Shown here piece by piece: positions 10,086 through 19,285 of a DNA stretch of 64,000 bases. The notes below the pieces were generated by a model. The model worked only from the letters and a program-made list of their open reading frames with translations. It searched no databases and was not told the DNA's origin. A program made the translations under genes and the position numbers. Origin of the DNA: Nemertoderma westbladi (Eukaryota; Animalia; Xenacoelomorpha); contig JAUCBJ010001560.1 in NCBI GenBank assembly GCA_032718475.1, forward strand, positions 1 to 64,000. Direction: 5' to 3'. Every line of letters begins with the position of its first letter. Within the stretch, counting starts at the first letter, position 1.

Positions 10086-10613
10086 ATGTCAGATTCTGAT
10101 TTGTTTAAATTATATAGCACCCCACAAATCCAACTGGGAAGCGGGAATTATAGCGATATACCCGTTTTTAAGGGTGGAAGCATTCTCCCGGGGTTTGGCC
10201 CATCTACTGGTATATGGAATAATAAGAATAATAAATTCGGGCGGCGATACACCCAAAATCGCCAGCGCGGACGCGGAATATTAACAACTGGTCTGGGTAT
10301 ATTAGCCCGCAAGTTAGGGAGAAAGGTGCTAACTAAGGCACTCCCCAAAGCAGCGAAAGTAGCACGGAAATACATAATACCGGAAGGAAAACGTATTTTA
10401 CGCAGTAAAGCAGATGATTTGATAAATAAAGTGGCCGAGCGGTTAGAACCTCATCCAAAGACTCGCCAAATCGCCCAACGGGTATACAATGAATTTACAA
10501 ACCCGAAAAGTAAAAAAAAGAGGAGCGGGAAACGACGACACCCAAGTGTGGGTATGAACGTTGGGCGCAAACGTAAAAAGCGAAATAATAAATGCCGCGA
10601 TATTTTTATGTAA
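10086..10613 (+). CDS. Basic core-protein precursor-like ORF (PW-type)
   Basis: Y..Q.GSG...IPVFKG...QRGRGI..GLG.L.R; K/R-rich C-terminus ending DIFM; lies directly upstream of the major capsid as in other Mavericks. Confidence 0.8.
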   Translation: MSDSDLFKLYSTPQIQLGSGNYSDIPVFKGGSILPGFGPSTGIWNNKNNKFGRRYTQNRQRGRGILTTGLGILARKLGRKVLTKALPKAAKVARKYIIPEGKRILRSKADDLINKVAERLEPHPKTRQIAQRVYNEFTNPKSKKKRSGKRRHPSVGMNVGRKRKKRNNKCRDIFM

Positions 10614-10622
10614 CTTAACAAA

Positions 10623-11873
10623 ATGAGTAAATTAGAATTATCATTATTCTCAAGTAAAACAAATCAGCGAGAATATACATCTTCACATTTTTCGGATATC
10701 TACCCGATTTCTACTCTTGACGCGAATGCCCGACAAATCGAGTTCTTTATACCCCAGTCAAATGTTCTATATACTGATTTAAAGAATTCGAAATTTCACA
10801 TTAAATATAAAATTACATGGGATGGTAATAGGGCTAACGACGATACAACCCTCCACCATCTTAATTACCCGGGTGGGTCACTATTTGAAAATTGTTCGTT
10901 ATATTTAAATGAAAAGCTAGTTGAAACCTCGAATGGGTTCTACGCCTATAAGTCTACGTTTCAGACATTACTGTTGACAGATGCTAACGAAAAACGCAGT
11001 ATTTTAAGTGCTGGTGGGTATGAAGATAATGATAATAATCTAGGTGGGGTACCTGTCGCTACTGAGAATGACGTTCGTGGGAATTATGTTAAATTCGTTG
11101 TGGCCCCAATTTTTTTAGACCTGGCAAGCCAGGACAAATTACTGCCGCCGGGAATTAACATTCGACTTCGTATAGACCGAGTATCGAATAATTTTTTTTT
11201 GAAAGTTGAACCCCCCGCAGGATTGGTAAACCCGAGAGTTGAAATCATGAATATTAATTTAAAAATAAAACGCCACAAGATTGATGCCGAGGTTATGCGC
11301 GCGCATTTGTTGGGGTCACAAAAAAATGACTTTATTTATAACTTGTTAAAACAAGAAGTGAAAACCTTCACTATTGGCGGTGGGCAATCCAGTTATACAG
11401 AATCGAACATAATCCAAGGGAAATTACCTAAGTATATTTTGGTTGGAATGCTTACCAACGCCAGCTTCAACGGGGAATTAAGCAGTAATCCGTTACATTT
11501 TAACCATTTCGGTTTAAATTATGCTGAACTAAACATCGACTCCCGTATTATACACGGGTATCCATATCGCCCTAACTTTCCAGAAAACAATTTTATGTTG
11601 GAATTCGAAAGTTTAATGAACGTGTTCAAGAGCTTGAGCGGCGTATTTTGCTCGCTAACACCAGAACGATTTCGTACCCAATTTCCTTTGATCGTATTTG
11701 ATCTTACTGCCGGCGGGGATCAAAGCCATGAGATTCAACCTAGTGTTCATACTAGTGGGCATTTGATTCTGAAATTTAGTAATGCGCTAGTTAACACTAT
11801 TAACGTTATATTAATGGCAAGCTATGACGCTCTTCTATCTATTTCGGAAGCCAAGGAAATAATAACTGAATAA
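10623..11873 (+). CDS. Major capsid protein (double jelly-roll, hexon-like)
   Basis: SKLELSLF...IYPISTL...IEFFIP...YTDLKNS; SLFENCSLYLNE; YAYK; GKLPKYILVGM...FNGE..SNP.HFNHFGL; VFDLT. Confidence 0.93.
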   Translation: MSKLELSLFSSKTNQREYTSSHFSDIYPISTLDANARQIEFFIPQSNVLYTDLKNSKFHIKYKITWDGNRANDDTTLHHLNYPGGSLFENCSLYLNEKLVETSNGFYAYKSTFQTLLLTDANEKRSILSAGGYEDNDNNLGGVPVATENDVRGNYVKFVVAPIFLDLASQDKLLPPGINIRLRIDRVSNNFFLKVEPPAGLVNPRVEIMNINLKIKRHKIDAEVMRAHLLGSQKNDFIYNLLKQEVKTFTIGGGQSSYTESNIIQGKLPKYILVGMLTNASFNGELSSNPLHFNHFGLNYAELNIDSRIIHGYPYRPNFPENNFMLEFESLMNVFKSLSGVFCSLTPERFRTQFPLIVFDLTAGGDQSHEIQPSVHTSGHLILKFSNALVNTINVILMASYDALLSISEAKEIITE

Positions 11874-11903
11874 ATAAACTTTTAATGATACACGCACGCT
11901 AAG

Positions 11904-12344
11904 ATGTTGGACTCTATACAATTAGCGAAATTCCCGGTGGGGTCCGAATACATCGGTGTTTACGCAATCGACCAATTACACATAATACACACAAAAAAAA
12001 ATAAGCATAAACAAAATTATTCATTTATTATTAATAATCAACGTATAGGCCTACCTGGACAACACTGGTCTTGCGTGCGCGTGGTTAACAGAATTGCTTA
12101 TTATTTAGATTCGTTTGGTAAAGCGCCTCCACCAAAAATATCATATTGGTTGCATAAATATACCCAAAGGCATACTTGGAATCGTAAAATATTTCAAGCG
12201 CCACAATCGACTCAGTGTGGTCTATTTTGTCTGTATTATTTAACCGAGGTGCCGAAAAATCCCAGAGCAATGAATATATTCACCTCTAATTTGCGGTACA
12301 ATGATTTATTGTTATTACAGTGGACACTTTCATTAATAAAATAA
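11904..12344 (+). CDS. Adenain-like (C5) maturation cysteine protease
   Basis: His-Asp-Gln-Cys set in GQHW, YLDSFG and FQAPQSTQCGLFC. Confidence 0.95.
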   Translation: MLDSIQLAKFPVGSEYIGVYAIDQLHIIHTKKNKHKQNYSFIINNQRIGLPGQHWSCVRVVNRIAYYLDSFGKAPPPKISYWLHKYTQRHTWNRKIFQAPQSTQCGLFCLYYLTEVPKNPRAMNIFTSNLRYNDLLLLQWTLSLIK

Positions 12345-12922
12345 TTTATTTATTTTGGTTATGGGTATATTCAATTACGGTGTGTGAACATATTATTAGC
12401 GTTAATATTAATAATAAATATTTATTTCTTGGGTATATAGTAATAGCAATATTTTTAATAAATATATGGGACACGGTAAGTGATATGGGTTGGGGTCTTC
12501 ACAGAAACCTTACGGGCGGGGGTCTCTTTAACGTGTGGGCGGCTGGTAAAACCGGAAATAATAATAATTAGGCACAGAGCACATTGGAACCCAAGCATCT
12601 GCCGCCCAACTTATGCGGTTAACACAAAGGCCAGAATCTCAATCCAGGCTACGCGAATTAGGCAATAATTAAACGCTCTAACGACAATCAAAGCTCTGAG
12701 TTCAATTTACTCACATATGTGGGCAGTTTTGCAAAAGAAATAATATATAGATAATAATATAATATAGATACGCCGCGAAGCATAGAAAATTAGTTAGCTA
12801 GTTTGCTATATAATAACATTGAGAATAGTGATAGCGGCATCACTTTATTATTTTAATTTTTAATATTATTCTTATATTCTTATAATTTATTAATTATTAA
12901 ATTAATTTTCAATTCAATTTCA

Positions 12923-13213
12923 ATGGCTGAAGGCGGTAAAAACCCGAAGTTATTAGTTGTCCAACCCTTCGAGTATCATCCTCCGCCATTTAATTTGGAA
13001 AAATCGAACAGGATTCGTCTCAAAAAATTTGAGTGGGCACGCAGGGTGTGGGTGATGCACTCAATTGAATTTAACTCACGGTATAATGATGATTTGGTCC
13101 CGACGCGCCCGGCGATCGTCTTGCCGATCGCTGGGGGGCGATCGATGTGTGTATGCCCCCCCGCGAATGGTCGGCGAAACACATACGCCGCCTCCAACCG
13201 AAAATTAATGTAA
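12923..13213 (+). CDS. Small hypothetical Polinton ORF
   Basis: ATG in good context; a GC-richer island flanked by very AT-rich DNA. No recognisable motif. Confidence 0.35.
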   Translation: MAEGGKNPKLLVVQPFEYHPPPFNLEKSNRIRLKKFEWARRVWVMHSIEFNSRYNDDLVPTRPAIVLPIAGGRSMCVCPPANGRRNTYAASNRKLM

Positions 13214-13237
13214 GTAATAATTTCGACAATTAATAAT

Positions 13238-13530
13238 TATAAATACAATAACCTTACTTCGATGCTATCACTCACTTCATGGCTCGCCCCATAGGTAGAA
13301 TAATCAAATTAAAATAATATTATAAATACTATAACCTTATACTCACTTCACGGCTCGCCCCCCACAACTTGTTGCGTAGTGATAAGTATAAATACAATAA
13401 CCTCACTTCGATGCTATCACTCACTTCATGGCTCGCCCCCATAAGTCTGTGTTTATTTACCTTTTTAGTTGTTGCGTCATAACCTTACTTCGATGCTATC
13501 ACTCACTTCATGGCTCGCCCCATAAGTAGA
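13238..13530 (+). repeat. Four imperfect ~45-55 bp repeats (TATAAATAC..AACCTTACTTCGATGCTATCACTCACTTCATGGCTCGCCCC) with variable spacers
   Basis: Copies begin at ~13238, 13321 (internally deleted), 13387 and 13479 (no TATA). Confidence 0.9.
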
Positions 13531-13739
13531 ATAATCAAATCATTAAAGAGCCGCCGTTAGTCTGTGTTTATTCACCTTTTTTTAGTCGTTGCGTCTGTAA
13601 TAGTCTATCATGTTAAAGACTTTATTAAATAAATTGGAGATGAGCTGTTGCAACTGTAATTAAAAGTGTAATATTATGGGTTTGCCCACTTTACCTATTG
13701 CGGTTCAAGGTCAAACGCCGACCGGTAGACACGAATTAA

Positions 13740-14136
13740 TTAAATTACTTCCGTCTGTGGACTGGCCTTATACCGCATATGTCGCATATACACAGTGGTG
13801 ACATATGTCACATATGCACAATGGTAACCATAGTAACCATGGCGGGGTCAAGAATGGTAACCATGGTAACCATAGTAAGTGGGTGGGGCAACAATAGTAA
13901 TCATAGTAAGTAGGCGGGGCGCGCCTGCAAACTGGTCTTATACCGTGTATGTCACATATATACACAGCGGTGACATATGTTACATATGCACAATGGTAAC
14001 CATGGTAACCATAGTAAGTGGGTGGGGAAACAATAGTAATCATAGTAAGTAGGCGGGGCAAGAGCCGTTCGGCAAATTCTTTAACATGGTAGACTATGGC
14101 AGACGCTGTCTCAATCACGTTGTTTAGCATACTACT
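13740..14136. repeat. Probable right terminal inverted repeat region of the Polinton, with internal direct repeats
   Basis: Duplicated block (13768-13920 vs 13938-14059) built from tggtaaccatggtaacca and gtgacatatgtcac palindromes, GGCGGGG boxes and ACTTCCG; ends in ACTACT. Confidence 0.6.
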
Positions 14137-14561
14137 GCCGTCACCTGGTCGACGACATGAATCCCGGTCCTCCTGTGCAACCCTTCGAAATGAAGTTTGA
14201 TTCGCGTTTGGCGCGAAATGCATTTAATGTGTTGGTGATTCCCGGGTGGATGACTCCCGGGAATTTCGCGATGAAATCGTTTACGAGATGTAGTGCCATC
14301 GTGGGCGAGGAGGACGTGTGAATACCAAGCATCGGTTTCACATGGGTTGCTTTCACTTTGTCGATATCCTTTATTGGTTACAGTTAGAAACTTCGCAATT
14401 TCAACCATAGAGTACATGATTATTGGGGCGATTTTACCATTGAAGGTTCGTAGACCTGTTTCAATAGATAGCAGCTTTAAATTTTGTATAAATGAATTAT
14501 CGTTAAGGTTATACTGTATAAACCATCAAAACTTCAACATCTTATCTTCTGATTTATCATA

Positions 14562-15713
14562 AGCAGTTGCTGCTTCACAATCAACTACAGCGATTGTCTT
14601 TCTGTATCTGATTAACTATAAACAGTCGCTGCTTCACAATCAACTACACCAATTGTTTTCTCTGTTTCTGAATGACTATAAACAGTTGCAGCTTCACTAT
14701 CAACTACACCAATTGTTGTATCTGTTTCTGATTGACTATAAACAGTCGCTGCTTCACAATCAACTACACCAATTGTTTTCTCTGTTTCTGAATGACTATA
14801 AACAGTTGCAGCTTCACTATCAACTACACCAATTGTTGTATCTGTTTCTGATTGACTATAAACAGTCGCTGCTTCACTATCAACTACACCAATTGTTTTA
14901 TCTGTTTCTGATTGACTATAAACAGTCGCTGCTTCACTATCAACTACACCAATTGTTTTATCTGTTTCTGGTTGACTATAAACAGTCGCTGCTTCACTAT
15001 CAACTACAGCGATTCTCTTATCTGTTTCTGATTGACTATAAACAGTCGCTGCTTCACAATCAACTACACCAATTGATTTATCTGTTTCTGATTGACTATA
15101 AACAGACGCTGCTTCACAATCAACTACACCAATTGTTTTATCTGTTTCTGATTGACTATAAACAGTTGCTGCTTCACTATCAACTACACCAATTGTATCA
15201 TCCTCATCTGATTGACTATAAACAGTCGCTGCTTCACAATCAACTACAGCGATTGTTTTATCTGTTTCTGATTGACTATAAACAGTCGCTGCTTCACAAT
15301 CAACTACACCAATTGTTTTCTCTGTTTCTGAATGACTATAAACAGTCGCTGCTTCACAATCAACTACACCAATTGATTTATCTGTTTCTGATTGACTATA
15401 AACAGACGCTGCTTCACAATCAACTACACCAATTGTTTTATCTGTTTCTGATTGACTATAAACAGTTGCTGCTTCACTATCAACTACACCAATTGTATCA
15501 TCCTCATCTGATTGACTATAAACAGTCGCTGCTTCACAATCAACTACAGCGATTGTTTTATCTGTTTCTGATTGACTATAAACAGTCGCTGCTTCACAAT
15601 CAACTACACCAATTGTTTTCTCTGTTTCTGATTGACTATAAACAGTTGCTGCTTCACTATCAACTACACCAATTATATCATCCTCATCTGATTGACTATA
15701 AACAGCTGCTTCA
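14562..15713 (-). repeat. 60-bp coding tandem repeat (~19 units; VVDSEAATVYSQSETDKTIG)
   Basis: The 60-bp period is directly visible and in frame with the alpha-kinase ORF. Confidence 0.97.
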
Positions 15714-16714
15714 CCATCGACCTTGTCAATCGCATTTTCCCCTTCTGATTGACAATAACTATCAATTGCTGTTACTTTGGAGCAGATTATTGCAATGGTC
15801 TTTGTATTTTCATTTTTTCCAGTATCTTCAGAATTCATTACGGATTGCTTTGCTACACTATCACAGCCATTTACATTCCTAATACTGCAATTACAATTAC
15901 AAAATCGATTGTCAATTTTACTTATTTTAATTGGTAAGTTAGTAACTGAATCATGTTTAAATACGTATTTGTATTTGTCAGCAATAATTATTTCTGGAAT
16001 ACGATATTCATCCAATCTCAAACTTTTACATTTATCACTACAAACAGGATGTTGGCGAATGAAAAAGTCTTGCATTCCAGTAATCCCCCTGTTTCCTCTT
16101 CCATATCTATGATTTATTTTATCTCTACAATGCAGTTGGGGGTCTGTTAGAATGTAGGCATCACCCTTAGTAAAGCCCTGAATATCAACTACAATCTCTT
16201 CGCCTTGAGATTCTACAAACGTGAAATGAGAAAAAGTTAGGCCAAGTTCTTCTAGAGTGGCTTGTTTGTTAACATAAGCTTCATTGTTAGAAATTTTTAT
16301 CCATTCATTACCTCCAAATGGTTCCAGATTGAAATAGTTTATTCCTCTTATAGGTCGATATAACTCGATAAACTTAACTGGTAAGAAAGTTATATGTTCA
16401 CATTCGAGAGCAGACTTTTGAGCAATAATATTAAATTTTTCTGCATAATTTGCTGCACAATGTTGGCAGTAAAGGTCTTCCCAGTACTGATTTCTTTCAG
16501 TTCCAATGTGTCTGTAGCGTTTTCCCAAATTCAAACTCCAAGTTTGATCAATTCTGTAATCTAAAACTTTTACATTGAATGGAATCCTATGAGCTCCCCT
16601 TTTGTACTTTGGCAGGGATATATCTTCTCCAATATAAACTAAGCAACTGCTGGTTTTATATTGCTCATTATCACTAGATAATTCGTATAAAATATGTCTC
16701 CCATGGATACTTTG
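14612..16714 (-). CDS. Alpha-kinase domain (ALPK1-like) plus acidic repeat tail; 3' part of a disrupted gene
   Basis: The frame is open from 16714: LVYIGED...RGAHRIPF, GKRY, EDLYCQHCA..YAEKFN, LEPF, KISNN, FSHFTF, VVDIQG, LTDPQLH, GNRG..G...FF..QHPVCSDKCKSLRL. This closely parallels the ALPK1 kinase domain. Confidence 0.9.
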   Translation of the reverse strand, partial: QSIHGRHILYELSSDNEQYKTSSCLVYIGEDISLPKYKRGAHRIPFNVKVLDYRIDQTWSLNLGKRYRHIGTERNQYWEDLYCQHCAANYAEKFNIIAQKSALECEHITFLPVKFIELYRPIRGINYFNLEPFGGNEWIKISNNEAYVNKQATLEELGLTFSHFTFVESQGEEIVVDIQGFTKGDAYILTDPQLHCRDKINHRYGRGNRGITGMQDFFIRQHPVCSDKCKSLRLDEYRIPEIIIADKYKYVFKHDSVTNLPIKISKIDNRFCNCNCSIRNVNGCDSVAKQSVMNSEDTGKNENTKTIAIICSKVTAIDSYCQSEGENAIDKVDGEAAVYSQSDEDDIIGVVDSEAATVYSQSETEKTIGVVDCEAATVYSQSETDKTIAVVDCEAATVYSQSDEDDTIGVVDSEAATVYSQSETDKTIGVVDCEAASVYSQSETDKSIGVVDCEAATVYSHSETEKTIGVVDCEAATVYSQSETDKTIAVVDCEAATVYSQSDEDDTIGVVDSEAATVYSQSETDKTIGVVDCEAASVYSQSETDKSIGVVDCEAATVYSQSETDKRIAVVDSEAATVYSQPETDKTIGVVDSEAATVYSQSETDKTIGVVDSEAATVYSQSETDTTIGVVDSEAATVYSHSETEKTIGVVDCEAATVYSQSETDTTIGVVDSEAATVYSHSETEKTIGVVDCEAATVYS

Positions 16715-16785
16715 TCATAATTGGTGTCTTGGATAGGTGGTAATGAAGATAGGCCAATTGAAATATCATTCAATAACTTGGTGGT

Positions 16786-19285
16786 CCTGTGGGGCGAGCC
16801 ACGAAGTGAGTGAGCCTTAGCGTAGTGGTACCATTAATCAACCTGTCGTTCTGTCGTTCTGTCGTTCTGTCGTTCTGTCGTTCTGTCGTTCTGTCGTGTT
16901 CAATTTTAAACGTTAATAACTCGGCCAATCTTTGATGAAATCTATCCAAACTTGGTACACATGTTGTTTGGCAAAAGTTTAGAAATTTTCCAAGTAGAAT
17001 TTCCGTGTGGCCTTCGAGAAGCTAAGATAATAGCAGTTAATTAGTTAATTAAGTTGATTACGGTAAAAACACCATTTTCAACCTGCCTTTTAAAGGAAAT
17101 TAATTGTTTTACAGTATAAGACTTCAATAATTATACTTAAAAAATATACAGATGTAATCCGCATACTCCATTCTATTATAGTTTTTAATTAGTTCAAGTG
17201 ATTTGCTTTAATAATCGTGTCTTTAATTGATCTAAAGTAATTAAACCGGCATAAAAAATGTATTCTCATTAAATACTGCTCATTTATTGGTTAACTCAAG
17301 TTGGCTTGTTTCCCAGCAACACTTGAGGTATTCAGTCAGCCTCGCTTGTAAGAGGCAGACTGCTGCTGCTGCTGGTAGCCATCCATTCACTCACTCTCCA
17401 TTGAACTGGCTGATTGGAGGTGTGTGTGTATCGGGTTCAATGACATTAATATTATTACTAAAGTAACTTCGGGATGTTAATATTCACTGGAGCTATGAGT
17501 CGAGTCTCTCTGGTTAGTTGAATGAATGAAATAAATAATTGTTTTACTGTTCCGAATATCAATGTTTATTTCTGTAGGCCAACTTACTGTATTATTATTT
17601 AATCTAAATGTACATAATAGTTTAAATAAATTATTTCACAATTTCATTCCAATTCATACTGCTTACGCAACCATGCTAATTAGGTATATTAAATGGCAGG
17701 ATTGTTTTTAATTAAAATTTTTACAGAGCAAACAAGTATATTGTATTTAACTGAAAGTTAATTTATTTCGGTAAGTAGGCCTTGCGGTTTGTTAGTTTAG
17801 TTAGTATAATAAGTATCAAATATATTACGTGCTGCTGTACAGTAAACGCGGCTTTGCGTTATTGAATTACAGAATTGGCGGTACAAAGTACATTAATAGG
17901 GATCAGGCATATTGCATTTATATAATTGTTGTTGTAAATGTACAATAATAAGCGCCACTTTTATTTTAGTAACTGAAATGTGTATTTCATTTGTACCTGC
18001 AACCCATTAAAAAGGGCAGCTGAACATATCGCGGACAGGCTGACTATTCACCATAACAAAAAAACCCAAATCGCCGCAGTTCCACTTACAGTTCCATATT
18101 ATTCTGTTTTGCAATTCAACCCAATTTATCTGCTCTCTGCTACACGCGGTTTTATCCACGAGTTTTGTAAAGTCCCGACTTATCGGGAATGACATGAACT
18201 TAGCGTCCGGAATATTCTGAACAGATTAAATCTACTTGGCGCTGTAATACTGCATCCCGTTGTACCAGAAGTTATTAAAACATACCGGCCCCTCAAATGC
18301 GCTTGCAGTGGGTTAGAGAACAACATATACCGCCCCAGTACAACCGCTATTTTGATAAGGTCCATAATATATAATATATATATATGGTCTAACATATGAT
18401 AGTTCACTAATCAGCTAATAGGCCTATTAATTCGTGAGATTTCAATTTATAAATAAAACTAATATACGAGCTCATATGAGCTCAATTGATTGATTGATTG
18501 AAGGTATGACCGTTGTTGTGGGGGACTAGGTCTACCTGTCTAGCAGCTAATAACTCGTCCGTGGAGAGAATAATATAAGTCGAGGAACATAACGAAACGC
18601 GTTTAATTTATTTATTTATTCCAATTGGGGATGCTTTCTAACGCGGGAATGCGGTGCTATTAAACATCAACACATTCCTGCGCGTGCGTCGATATTGTGC
18701 ACCCTAATACTAACAACCCACCCAGACACCCCCTAACCCTCACCCCCCCCCCCCCCCCCCCCCCATCACCCAACATTACTATGTATAGATCAATGCAGCT
18801 CAATATATTAGTAAAGGTATCGTCTGATTAGCTTTCCTACACATGACCTCTTATCCTTGTAGTTGTTTATTTATTTACACTATTTTTTGTTGAGTAAATC
18901 TTTCTGATAGGGGGGGGGGGGGGGGGGGGGGGGGGGACTTACTCTGGACGAGCGCAACGATTGAACGACGCTTATAATAATTAAGACGAGTACGGCGTTG
19001 ATTATATTCATATACACCACCTGGCTTTGCATATTGAACGTGCGATTGGAAATAAGTTCGTTCTACCCTTCCGTGGGTGGTAGATGTCACGGTTATGTAT
19101 TGGTGGTTGAGAAGGGTGGGGGGGGGGGGGGATTAAAAGGGGTGAACACGTACTGTCCCCCTTTCTTTGATTGATTGGTGGTGTGGGTAAATTTCTCAAA
19201 ACCTGATTTTGTGATACAGTCGCTTAATTTTAATTTGTATCTCATAACTGGACCTCGTGCTGCGCGAAGGCCCCACGAACGTGTT
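16786..19285. mobile_element. 2.5-kb non-autonomous element, copy 1 (Helentron/HINE-like architecture)
   Basis: Near-identical to 21833-24318. Short subterminal IR gtggggc/gccccac, GAA-loop mini-hairpin, (CTGTCGTT)n microsatellite near one end, no consistent TSD, no coding capacity. Confidence 0.85.

Larger units (their letters stand above)
1..14136 (+). mobile_element. Polinton/Maverick (adintovirus-like) endogenous element; left end lies outside the window
   Basis: Co-oriented intronless cluster of pPolB, ATPase, rve integrase, pentons, major capsid and adenain. A GC-box-rich repetitive subterminal region ends in ACTACT at 14131-14136, the reverse complement of the canonical AGTAGT terminus. 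The right boundary is inferred because the left TIR is not visible. Confidence 0.93.

Noticed and set aside
12320-12668. Small hydrophobic ORFs after the protease
   Set aside because: Non-ATG starts and AT-rich composition explain the hydrophobicity; not supportable without homologs.
13238-13530. CRISPR-like repeat-spacer array
   Set aside because: Eukaryotic context, no cas genes, irregular repeat and spacer lengths, and spacers partly repeat each other.
13768-14562. ORFs spanning the Polinton end and its flank
   Set aside because: They cross the inferred boundary or translate TIR repeats; no recognisable domain, although 14137-14330 is unexplained GC-richer DNA.
14653-15882. 409-aa plus-strand ORF (LHYQLHQL repeats)
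   Set aside because: Antisense shadow of the 60-bp coding repeat of the alpha-kinase.
17980-19199. Short ORFs within the 2.5-kb element (duplicated at 23019-24232)
   Set aside because: No transposase, Rep or helicase motifs; poly-Pro stretches come from G/C homopolymers.
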